In this document: positions 12,043 to 24,200 of the stretch, piece after piece
How positions within the stretch are numbered: the stretch's first letter is position 1
Layout: each line of letters opens with the position of its first letter
From: Antedon mediterranea
Taxonomy: Eukaryota > Animalia > Echinodermata
Direction: 5' to 3'
Assembly (NCBI RefSeq): GCF_964355755.1
Contig: NC_092672.1
Location: 17,993,237-18,057,236 of the forward strand
Length of the DNA: 64,000 nucleotides
Position numbers and translations under genes: made by a program
Notes under the pieces: generated by a model
The model's database searches: none
What the model was told of the DNA's origin: nothing
Seen by the model: the letters and a program-made list of their open reading frames with translations, nothing else

Positions 12043-12320
12043 TAGGCCTAGGCCTAGGCCTACTAGGCCCTAGCCTAGGCCTAGGAGGCCTAGCCTACTA
12101 GGCCTAGGCTAGCCTAGATAGGCCCAGGACCTGCCTAGGCCTACTAGGCCCAGGACCTGCCTAGGCCTAGGACCTAGGTTAGGATTGCTTATTAACAACA
12201 CGGAAACGTTGGCCACGATCATTCCTTTCACTTCAGCCGGCCTACTACTAGGCATAGGGCTAGGCTTAGTAGCAGTCTACTAGCTAGTAGTAGCTAGGCC
12301 TAGCTAGACTCTACCTATAG
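12043..12320. repeat. TAGGCCTA/TAGCCTA/TAGGCTA low-complexity array at the start of BRE1 intron 1
   Basis: Irregular concatenation of TA-delimited GGCC, GCC, GGC and short C/G units. Confidence 0.85.
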
Positions 12321-12869
12321 GGCCAAATTTAACGATTTACACACGTGAGCTTACGCAACAATTGTTTACATCAACAACAAAAAGTTTAGCCTAGCGTTGC
12401 ATGCTCCAAGCACGGTCCCTGCCTACCGAAGCAACATTTGGTGTCCTAATTGTTACATCGGTAAATAACAGCAAATGCACCTCAGCAGCGCAAACAAAAT
12501 AAAACCAATGCTCTTTAATTTTACAAAAATAGTAAAATAATAATGTTTAATATACTAATTACCAATGTCCTAAAAAACAAAACTATTCAAGGAATAATGT
12601 TTATCTTGGCTACATACAAGCCATAAAACGAGATTGGAATGTTGTCGATGTCCTAACACGTTTTGTTACATCGGTAATGAATCATTGTTTTTAAAAGGTG
12701 TCGCCTTAAATTTGGAAGGACATCATACCCCCTTGGGGTCGCATGGACATGTGTGTTTTATGCCGAGCGATATTTTTGTTGTTCATCATCGCAGTAGTTT
12801 TATGGCTGGCGTCCAATAGTTGCATTGATTTTGTTATTGTTGCCTATGCAAGTCCTATTTTAGTTTTAA

Positions 12870-14481
12870 AGGGGGGTTCCGGGTTTAAAATGAATAGTAA
12901 AAAATGTAAAATATATTTGTTTGTCTCTTGAACGGTAAAAGTTTCAATTTATATAAGCGCCCAGTGAAGCAGAACGAAGGCTGTGAAATGAGGCCAGATT
13001 ACAAGTGCAGCTACGGCAAAATCACACTGTGGTTACAGAATAGCAAATTCGTGAAATGGTCAATCTTCTGACGACTCGTTATCATTAACCATATCAATTA
13101 CTTTTGTAAAATTATACTTATCTGATGTAATTTTAGTCGGTCTTCCATTTATAAAGTCAATTTTCTATGAAAATCCATCAAAACAGTGAAAAATTAGATA
13201 AGTTTGCACTTTACGTTTGCCGATTTTCGCACTGACTTAGGGAAAGCCTTCAAAATCAATGAAGCGTAACGTATACATTCCTGCTGAGCGAGGAGAGCGA
13301 GACGACGATACACGTGCTCTCTCTGCCCATGCCTGGCATCGTCACGTGATAAGCAGATACAGTATACAATACCAAACTGGTCGGGTCGAGTATACCCCGT
13401 CTATAATCACAACATGAACGATGTACAGTATTTGATTGAAGGTCGACTCAACCTACCGGAATGGTATAGATAATATAGCTCGAATGAGAGAGTTGGAATA
13501 TTTGTAAACATAAGTACAGTATTGCTAATTTTAACAAGTGTAGCCTATAGTAAAAGGCCTGGTAGTATCAATTCGCATAGGGTCTACTACACTAGCTAGC
13601 TCAATTTTAACTGGGCCGGATCGGCTAGGCTCTAGGCTAGGCCTCCTTCCTTCTACCGCCCGGTCTACTTGCTTGATGCAGTATCCGCTTTTTTGGAGAG
13701 TAAACTAGGCCTACTTATTAGACGATCGGGACACCATACGTGCGGACGGCGATCGGACCTTGTTTTGCCTCAATATTTACTGCCGATTTTTGTAGAACGT
13801 TTTAAGTTTAGATTGTTTAGGAGTTTGGTTGATAGGATGGGTTTGGAATCCACTGAGTTTTGTTATTGATGGGCCAATCGTTTAGTAATAGGCTAGCTAG
13901 GCCCATGAATGATGGCCCCAATCAATGTTTTAACGTAGCCATCGTGGCATGGAATCCCTAGTCAGAAATGGCTCTCACCCCGGCATGAATAAAATGATTT
14001 AGGCTAGGCCTAGCCTAGTACGTGAAGCCGATATACGATCTGTACTATTAATTTGAGGTATAAAAATAGTATAATTTATGACTCCGTAATCTGTACTAAA
14101 TTTTGTATTTCATTAAATGTCAAATAAATATATGCTACTACTGTTATTATTACACTTTAGGCCTAGCTTAGCAAATCTACAAAAAATGTATTTAACAATG
14201 ATCGGGTGGTCGTCGTTTGACAGAGGAGAGAGAACACAACGTACAAGCTTGACGTCGCGAGTTTGGAATCCCCTGATGACGTGATTTTGTGAATATCTCA
14301 TGAATATTAATGAGCTTCCCTAAGCTGCTGAAAAACAGATTTTCCATAAAATGTATATGAAATTTAATTTTTTTAATTTCTTGTTATTACTTCTTCATTC
14401 TGACATGTCTATATTGTTATAATATTTTTTATTTAATAAATAAACGATATTTAAAAGCAATTTTAAACCCAGAATCCCCCT
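12870..14481 (+). mobile_element. Kolobok-like non-autonomous DNA transposon, copy 1
   Basis: TTAA|AGGGGGGTTCCGGGTTTAAAA ... TTTTAAACCCAGAATCCCCCT|TTAA: TTAA TSD and AGG termini. Colinear with the inverted copy at 18130-20655. Confidence 0.85.
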
Positions 14482-15357
14482 TTAAAAGCCCACAATATTT
14501 ATTATTTATTTGAAAAAAACATGATATAGAGAATATTAATACAGTAAGCTTCCCTTATTGTAATTCAAATTGAATTATAATTAAATAAAACAACGTTACG
14601 TCGGGAATTTCCAGAACCCAATTGAATACAACCTTCCAATCCTACCAAAATTATTAGGCTAGGCCACGGTGTCCTGTCAAACAAACTAATACAAATTATA
14701 ACATCTGTTTGTTTGACTTATTTGATAAAATAATTTGATACACATCTATGCATGCACTGTATCCAACATTTAACCCATTTGTAGTGTCAGAACTGTTTAA
14801 ACCTCATTCCATTAGTCTTCACCGTTTATTTTAACAGTAAAAAAACAGTTTAAAAAAAAAATAACATAAAAAAAAACATTAAAAAAATCAATATAAATTA
14901 AACTCTGCTGAAATTAAACATAACATATTATAGTTAACTATCTTTCATGCTAAATTAGACATTCTTCTGATATTTTTTTTGGTACAAGTTTACGTAAATT
15001 TATGAAATACGGTGTCCTGTTAGTGTTACGTAGGTATTTTTTATCATATTCGACCCCTGATAAAAATTTATTCGTTAAAGTAACAAAAATTTTTTTTTAG
15101 ATGTTTGATATAGAATGAATTACCTGAATTAAAATGTATGTTAAGTTGCATTTGGTAGTTTTGAAATTTTGACATACATGTCACACTTTATGACCCAACC
15201 TCATAGAATCACCCATTTGTGATCATGGAAAAAAAGGATTGTATATATTGAAATAGATTACAACTTCCAGTATACCATCATGATGGATTAAGTGCATATC
15301 AAATTTTAATCTCAAATTGATCAGAAAGTATACATTTATATTTAGTCTGTTTCATTA

Positions 15358-16839
15358 TCTATATATAAATTTACGTAAGGGCAAAATTCGATAAATCGCG
15401 GTTTATTTCTAGAATTTTTACTCGATGGTATATAAAGTTGGTTCGTACTTTCGGTACTGATTTTAACCACCTGATGTAACCCTGTTTACTAATTAAATTG
15501 AGTTAGATAATTAGTTATTGACGATTGAAACGAATTTAGGTTCAACGATTTGCCCCAAATAGGGGTGTTTTCCGATCGTGGTATACACTGTCTAATGGAT
15601 GTCCAACTTGAAAAATACCCGCACACAATAATACTAGGACGCTTCGCATTTTCCTATCTCCTCCTACGATAATTGTTTTTAATAGCTGAAAACCGGTTGA
15701 ACTGCCCGAGTACAGCATCATAATGTTGAAGACAGGCCGATTTTCTTTAAAAAATACTATTTTGATAGATTTAATTTACGTTTTTCAAATGTATTGATTT
15801 GCGATGAATGGAACATTCCAATCTCTCAGTCTGCCAGTTTGGTTAAACACAAGTAGGTAAATTTATGAGCCCTTGGAGAATAAACTTGCAATACTTTGAC
15901 AATACAGTACTGCAAATACCTATTAACCATTTTTGGTCGTCATTTGAATCGAACATTTCTTACTGTGAATACTGTTAGATGTAAAAAAATATATACAAAC
16001 ATTTCTTACTGTGAATACTGTTAGATGTAAAAAAATATATACAAATAAACTTTATTACTGTGATTATGGGTAGGCTCTACTGTTAGATATATAAACACGT
16101 AATATACAAATAAACTTTATTACTGACAGTTGCTTCTCAACGTTTGCATTAATTAATAATTACAAAAAATACAAACGTCGTAGTGGTGTATCGTTACATG
16201 TACTTTACTATTTCAATCGACTATGACAGTGACAGTTTTAACAAACTTTTTATTTTGTATTTATGTTTTGTTGGGTCTTTCTGAGACAGGCCTTGGCCTC
16301 TAAGTCTGATCCAAATTAATGAAATCATTATTTGTTTATATTGTTTACATTGTTGAAGTTTTCATTAATTGAATAAATGTGAAATGAAATGAAAAATGAA
16401 ATGAAAAAAAAGTATTAAATCGCAAATGTTTTACTATATTTAGTCACCGTTAGTGGTATATTATTTATAGGCCTATAAAAAATGAAAACAATATTTCGTT
16501 ACTGACGTGGATAAAGAATATATTTAAAAATTGTTCCTCTTTGTACCTATCTTCTTTCCCATCCCTCAACCCTAATTGGGTTTCTTTAAATGAATAAACA
16601 ATTTGGACTCATTTTGTGGTAAGTTTCTCTTTCGGAAGTAATTCCCAGGGTGCTAATTTTGGTTGACTACATAAATCATCGTGTCTACTTATTCGTTTCT
16701 GTAAACGGCAATGTATTATAGTCCTGCGGTACGTGCATTTAAAATCGCCAGATTTTTTACCCTGAAATTACTGTGTATTCGAGAACCATCTGTGGGCACG
16801 ACCTAGATGGTACGCGAGCGAAGCGAGCGTACCATCTAG
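15358..16839 (+). mobile_element. Non-autonomous Helitron, complete
   Basis: A|TC start (TCTATATATAAAT), 3' hairpin ctagatggtacgc..GAA..gcgtaccatctag ending CTAG|T, no TSD. Second copy at 44056. Confidence 0.88.
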
Positions 16840-17023
16840 TAATAGGAATTAAAACAAATCCTTTACTGTTTGAAATTGTACTTTTGCTTATAATAATGCT
16901 AGAAAGTATTGTTGACCCTGGGACGATCAAACATTTTGATAGAGCGTTTACCCATCCCAGACAAATTCCAGCCCATACTCCTAACCCACAATGTCCCTGT
17001 GAGGGTTTTTAAATGTAGTTTAA

Positions 17024-17650
17024 AGACCCCTTCCCTGCAATTTTGGACGTTTTTTGGAAAATAATACATATATATCACTTTAAAAACATTAAACCATGTC
17101 ATTCCTTGTCTTAAATGTACGTTTTATGGTAAATTATGATAAAAAGTGAGAAACAATGCACTACCTAAGTAGCTCGCGGCGATCGACCTCTCGTGGACGG
17201 TCTTAGGTCTAGCCTAGCTAGGCTTAGTTTTGTAGGCCTAGCTGGTAAACATCGGTAACGTACGAACATCGTACGCTAGCTATATACCTAGCCTGAAGTT
17301 GTATAGTTGCTGCATTAATTGTCTTTCTATTTTTGCCAGACTCCGTTGATACAAATTGGGGAAAACCCGGTATTTTCGCTGAAAAGTTAGGAGTCTTCCA
17401 TTTGTTTTGGCCTCACGATCGATCGAAAAGTGGGCGAATTACAGGTGAAAAACAAAAATATCAATCCGCGCGCAATGCATTTTGTTGATTTATAGCGGGC
17501 CGCTATAATTATTAGAATCGACTAATTTTTCACATTTTTAACCGTTTAAAGACGAAAAAAGTTATCGCAATATGACCATATAGTATTATTTTTACATTAA
17601 ATATAGTTAGTGATCTTAAATTAGATCTAAAAAACGTAGGGAAGGGGGCT
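17024..17650. mobile_element. Kolobok-like MITE
   Basis: TTAA|AGACCCCTTCCCTGC ... GTAGGGAAGGGGGCT|TTAA. The right half recurs at 46720-47011. Confidence 0.8.
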
Positions 17651-18129
17651 TTAAAACATTCCAGTAGGCCTCCATTTCCGGTTATTTTGATAATCTAGGC
17701 CTCATTCTCCCCACCCCTGAACACTTTCCAGGTGTGATTCAAATACTTTAAAGTTTAAAATCATTATAACCATCAGCCCCAGCCTATACTCATGAAAATT
17801 ATATTTATTTCAATTACTAATACCGATAATTAACAGGTTTGTACTCTATTTGACCTTTAAACTTTTAAGTTGAAAAATTGATGAACTTGACCATCTTCTG
17901 CAATATGTCAATAATGATCCAATTTAGCTTATAAGTTGTTGAAAACAGCTTAAAACCATTTTTTACCAAATTTGACCTTATAACCTTGAAAAATTACTTT
18001 TGACCTAAAATTAGAGAGCGACATCCACACCTATCTTCTTTATCATCCCATAAGGGGTTTATTCCACATGGTTGCCTGCTATTAAATTAAAAATGCACAA
18101 ACGCCATAATCTTATGTGAATGTATTTAA

Positions 18130-20655
18130 AGGGGATTCTGAGTTTAAAATTGCTTTTAAATATCGTTTATTTATTAATTAAAAAATGTTATAACAATATA
18201 GAAATGTCAGAATGAAGAAGTAATAACGGGAAATTTAAAAAATTAAATTTTATATACATTTTATGGTAAATTCAGCAGCTTAGGGAAGCTCATTAATATT
18301 CATGAGATATTCACAAAATCACGTCATCAGTGGATTCCATCATGTATGTTGTGTTTGTCAACTAATTTACCTGTCAAACGATTACCACCAGATTTTCTAA
18401 GTTAGGCCTAAACAAGTGTAATATTAAACAGTAGTAGCATATATTTATTTGACATTTAATGAAATGCAAAATTTAGTACTGTACAGATGATCATGGAGTC
18501 ATAAATTATACTATTTTTATACCTATAGTACAGATCGTATTATCGGCTTCACGTACTAGGCCTAGCCTAAATCATTTTTTTTTTTATGGGTGAGGTAAGA
18601 GCCATTCTGACTAGGGATTCCATGCCACGATGGCTACGTTAAAACATTGGGGCCCATGGGCCTAGCTAGCCTACTAGATTAATTACGCGAATTTCTGCTA
18701 ATAACTCGACTGGCGGCCGGCCAGGAATAGTGCTGTAGAAGGTCGCGGTTTCGTCTCGCGTTGCTTTATTGAAAACACAAACAATGTATTATAATGGAAT
18801 AACACTTAAATGTATAACACACCCTATTACTAATAATAAAAACCAAGATTCGATAGTACAGTGTAAACGAAATATAAAGATTCGGCAATACCGTACGTAA
18901 ATTATTATTGCAATACTGTATAAAGATTCGACAGTATGTACAGTAAATGAGATATAAATATTCGGCAATACCGTACGTAAATTATTATTGCAATACTGTA
19001 TAAAGATTCGACAGTATGTAAATAAGATATAAATATTCGGCAATACCGTACGTAAATTATTATTGCAACTGTATAAATATTCAACAATACCGTACGTAAA
19101 TTATTAATGCAATACTGTATAAAGATTCGATCGTATGTAAATGAGATATAAATATTCGGCAATACCATACTTAAATTATTATTACAATACTGTATGAAGA
19201 TTCGATCGTATGTAAATGAGATATAAATATTCGGCAATACCGTACATAAATTGCTAATGCAATACTGTAGAAAGATTCGATAGGAGAGTGCTCAAGAAAC
19301 GTCAGGTCAGTTCAACGTTATTTTTTCCCTTCACTGCCAATGTATTTTTTTTTTAAGAGATATAAATAAATAAATAGTACGTAAATGAGACATAAAGGTT
19401 CAATAGTACTGTAGATTATGATGCAAACATAAATTATTAATGATTTGATAGTATATGTAAATATATTTAGTTAGTTAATATTAAAATACAAATAAAATAT
19501 ACATTGATTTATCGGCAGGCAAACTTAATTATTATAGAAATATAAAGATTCAATAGTACATGATTTAGCTTATATTTATTGGTTTGACCATACATACAGC
19601 TGTAACTCAACTCGCCATGGCGTTGACAACGACTATCAAAGATTAAAGCGCACATGGCGTTCCATACAAATGACGATATTAAACTGGCGGCCGCTTTGGT
19701 TGGCGGCCGCTTCGACCATACTCCCTAGACGATTGGCCCATAAATAACAAAACTCAGTGGATTACAAACCCATCCTTTCAACCAAACTCCTAAACAATCT
19801 AAACCTAAAACGTTCTACAAAATTGGCTGTAAATATTGAGGCAAAGCAAGGTCCGATCTAAGTAGGCCTAAAATAGTTTACTCTCCAAAAAAAAAGCGGA
19901 TACTGCATCAAGCAAGTAGACCTAGTAGTAGGAAGGAGACCTAGCCGATCCGGCCCAGTTAAAAAATGAGCTACTGTAGCTAGTCACTGTAGTAGACCCT
20001 ATGCGAATTGATACTACCAGGCCTTTTACTATAGGCTACACTTGTTAAAATTAGCAATGTTTACAAATATTCCAACTCTCTATATTATCTATACCATTCC
20101 GGTAGGTCGAGTCGACCTTCAATCAAATACTGTACATCGTTCATCTGTTGTGATTATAGACTGTGTCTACAGTACGTGACCCGACCAGTTTGGTATTGTA
20201 TACTGTGCTTATCACGTGACGATGCCAGGCATGGGCAGAGAGCATGTGTATCGTCGCTCTTCAGCAGGAATGTACAGTATACGTTACCTTACGTCATTGA
20301 TTTTGAAGGCTTTTCCCTAAGTCAGTGCGAAAATCGGCAAACGTAAACTGAATCTCCAAATGATTTTACACAATTGTGATGAATTTTCATAGAAACTTGA
20401 CTTTATATGGGAAGACCGACTATAATTACATCAGAGTACAATTTTACAAAAGTAATTTATATGGTTACCGTAATAATAATGAGTCGTCGGAAGATTGACC
20501 ATTTTACGAATTTCCTATTCTGTAACCACAGTGTGATTTTGCTGTAGCTGCACTTGCAATCTGGCCTCATTTCACAGTCTTCGTTCTGCTTAACTGGGCG
20601 CATAACTTTTACCGTTTTATATTTTTACTATTAATTTTAAACCCAGAACCCCCCT
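18130..20655 (-). mobile_element. Kolobok-like element, copy 2 (inverted), with an insertion of about 1 kb
   Basis: TTAA|AGGGGATTCTGAGTTTAAAA ... TTTTAAACCCAGAACCCCCCT|TTAA. Reverse complement of 12870-14481 apart from the insertion at about 18680-19725. Confidence 0.85.
18680..19725. mobile_element. Inserted truncated MULE-like element with a minisatellite of about 75-80 bp (18850-19280)
   Basis: Absent from copy 1 (empty site near 13880). Right end gcgttccata...ctggcggccgc...tactccc resembles the 5205-6009 family. Unit aaatattcggcaataccgtacgtaaattattattgcaatactgtataaagattcga repeated about five times. Confidence 0.7.
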
Positions 20656-21292
20656 TTAAACACATAACCCCCCTTTAAACACATAACTAGTGCCTCTCGT
20701 CCACAAGAGGTGGAAGTTAATGATTAGATCCATATCAAGATTCAATGGTCAACAGAAATGCATGCGAACACCAATCTGATACGCATTGACCCCAGAATAG
20801 GAACATTGTAATTACGCGAAGTGCCAGAGTTTATAAGCCACCAGAGACTTGATTTATAATCTGAGAAAAATCACAATCAGTAATTGCTAATCGCATTTGA
20901 ATGAGGTACCGAACATTGAACATTGTAATTTAAAGTTAATTAATAATGTTGATAAAAGTTTAGTGCTTTAGAATTACTGTACATCTGGTGAATTAAGATT
21001 AGAAATTGTAAAGTTTGATGTTTATTTTTTTAATTAAATGCAACCTTAATGAATACAGAGATATACTACTAGAAAAGTGGATTTGGTGTTATTGTTTATG
21101 CTCAAGCATGTATTTTTCAGTAGCACGTATAAGTTTTACAATCATTTCGTTGGCACATTAAAAGTCTGGTGAAACATACCATGGCAACCACAGTCAAAAT
21201 GTGCCAGGCTTAATTGTCCCTGGGCCGAAACATCAGGCCTAACTAGCATTAAAGTTAACTTTAGCTTTAACAGGTATTGACAGCTTACAAAG

Positions 21293-24200
21293 ATGGCAAG
21301 TAAAAGATCAGCAGCAGATGGGGCTCAGCAGGAGTCTGGGCAAGGATCATGTGTTTCTGAAGAACCACCTGCTAAGAAGTTTCATATAGAACCTACCCAG
21401 ATTGGTCCTGTTTCCTCAATGGTAAGATACTGTTGCTTTTTGACTACAATACATGTCCAATAACAATGCATTCCTCATTGTCTTTTTTAAACCGCTCAAA
21501 AAAATAAGGAGATTTTTTTTGTAGCAATTTAAATGTTTTACCTTGCACACAGGAGGAATTAGATATCAAAGTATTGAAAGTCCAAAACAAGAAGTTGATG
21601 GACAGGTTGGAGCAACGACAACTACTTGAAAATGAACTAAGAAATCGTATTGAAGGTTTACAACAGAGACAGCGTATGGATGAAAGTCTACTGGGTATGG
21701 TCAACAAATACTGGACACAGGTATTATAGCGTATTTGACCAACCCAATGAAGTATTTAATGCAATTTGCCGGTATAAACTGTAGTAAAACATTATGTCTA
21801 ATAATTATTTAATATTAGTAATTCACTTTTTTGTAGCTGGATGAAGATATCAAAGTACTCGTACAACAGTTTTCAATGAATACAAAAATTAATAATGAAA
21901 TGATGGAAGAAAAAAAAGATGAAGAAAAAAAAGAAGAAGATGAGGCAGAAAGTACCGACAAAATTGATGAAGACAAGAATTCAGAAGAGATGAAAGGTAT
22001 AGTTCAGTCAAAAAGCAATCTCACCGTGGCATTAGCTTGTACCTTAATGAAACTTACAGGTTCAGAATATAATGTAAAGATCATTTCGTTAATTGTTTAC
22101 AGCAAATGCACAGAAGCGGGACTGAGATTACGAGACGCCATTAGTGCAAGTTGAGAAATACATTAACAAAGCTCCTACACTAATTAATGTTTATACCATA
22201 TTTTAAGTATAGTGTACAATAAATTATATAATAAAATACATAACAAAAGAAACCCAAATAAAATCTAAAATTGTTATATATATGTGTATCAATAAAAAAA
22301 TAACCTTCCGTAAAAAAAAGTGCACCCTCACTCATCATACTTTTATCGAACTTGGACATATTAAGTACCTGAAATGCATTATAATATGAAACCCAATGCG
22401 GTTTGTTAAAATAAGAACCAATCATTAATAATGATAATCCATTCCAGGTATATGATAATGAGAGTACTTTCACTTTGCAAAAATTAACCCTTTCACTGCG
22501 TATACCCGGTACTACCGGGTATAAACAAACGTCGTTGAAGTGCGTATACCCGGTAATACCGGGTATGGGCAAAACAATGATTTAATCGTATTTGCCTATA
22601 ATATATAGCACCCTCTATATTTGTTCGATGCACTTGAATATTTTTGCAAGTCATTAAAAAAATTTTCCAGCAAAAAAAACGGCCCTCTATAGCTGTATTA
22701 TTATCTTGAAAATCATGCGCCCTCTATAGTTATATTATATATAGTATAGTGTATATAATAGTATTCTATCTTGGAAAGTTGTTTTGAGTAGCGTAATGGC
22801 GGCCATTTTGAAAGTAACCAAAATTTACCAGCCCCAATAGGGCAACATTGTGTTTATCACAACACGCAAAAAAACAAAAATTCTGAAACAATAGTTAGTT
22901 TTGTACTATAGTGAATTTTTGGAAAATGTCATTATTTTCACGATTTTGCCCCAAAACTTTGATTTGTGCATAATTTTTATAAAACAATAAAAATAATTCA
23001 ATTTTTTTTTACATTTTTATTTGTTATACGTATCTTCATCAATATCCAGTTGGAAAAACGTATTCCATAAGAATTTCTTATAGAAAATATAGTTTTTATC
23101 ATTGATTCGATAAAAAACACGAAATCCAAAATACCTGTAATGACGTCACATGACGTCATCAATATGCAAATTACTTTTTTTTTTATACCTAACTGTAGAC
23201 TAACCCTTTGCCCATCACCCACCACAAAAATAATTACACAATTATCTCAATTAGTATTTTTTTGCAATTTATTAAAATACCATATGTTTTTCTTAAATAT
23301 ACATTACGCACAGAGGTGGGAATAATGCTCCGCAGTGAAAGGGTTAAGAGTGCTGGTTTGAGATTCGTCTGAATTTCTCATTTTCCCTTTTCATCCGCCG
23401 CCACCCACCTTTCCAAAATAGGGAGGAGCCTGTTCGATCCTCTCTGGATCCGTCCATGTAAAGTTTATGAGACAATACATTTCACTACACAGATGTGTAA
23501 GATTTGCGTGTGCGCTAATTCCGTCTTGTAATCTCGGGTGCGCTTCGTCGCAAACAATTTAACGACATGAGGTGGGTTAAAAACTGAGTATAAAAGTCAA
23601 ATTTTCTTGTTAAATTCCAGATTTTAAACGACGCAACATCAAGAAATGATCTTTACATCTTATCTTATTGTCTTCTTATTTTCATACACACTACACACAT
23701 TTTCAGAACACAGACGTTTTGGAGTTGTTTAAGAAGCAAACCATCAATTTATTTTTGTTTAGTAAACAAAGGATTCATCAAGCAATAACTAAATGACTAT
23801 GAATAGACTCTTTTACTATTAAATTGGGCTGTTATCCGATCATAGCCAGGGATAAACTGATGTTGTAGCTGATGTTTATAACAATTAGTTGGCAATATAT
23901 GTTTGGCAAGTAGGTCAATTTAAACTAATTTTAAATTTTTTTATAGTATTTTCAATTACTAAAGACATTAGTTAAACATAATTATGTAAAATTTCACTTT
24001 ATTTCATCAGAAAACCGGGCAACAGCAAGCTTCTTGGCAGAACTTGTGACTTGTGATCATAGTGAGATAGACCAACTGCTGTTGGACAGATGTCAGTTCT
24101 CAAAAAAAGTTGTAGCTGATCTTTTAAAAGCATTTGATGGTGTTCAGCAAAAATATGAGAAACTGGTTTGGAAAGTACAGGGTGGTACTTGTAAGTGAAA

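Noticed and set aside
18789-19237. Repetitive minus-strand ORFs
   Set aside because: Translations of a minisatellite of about 77 bp.
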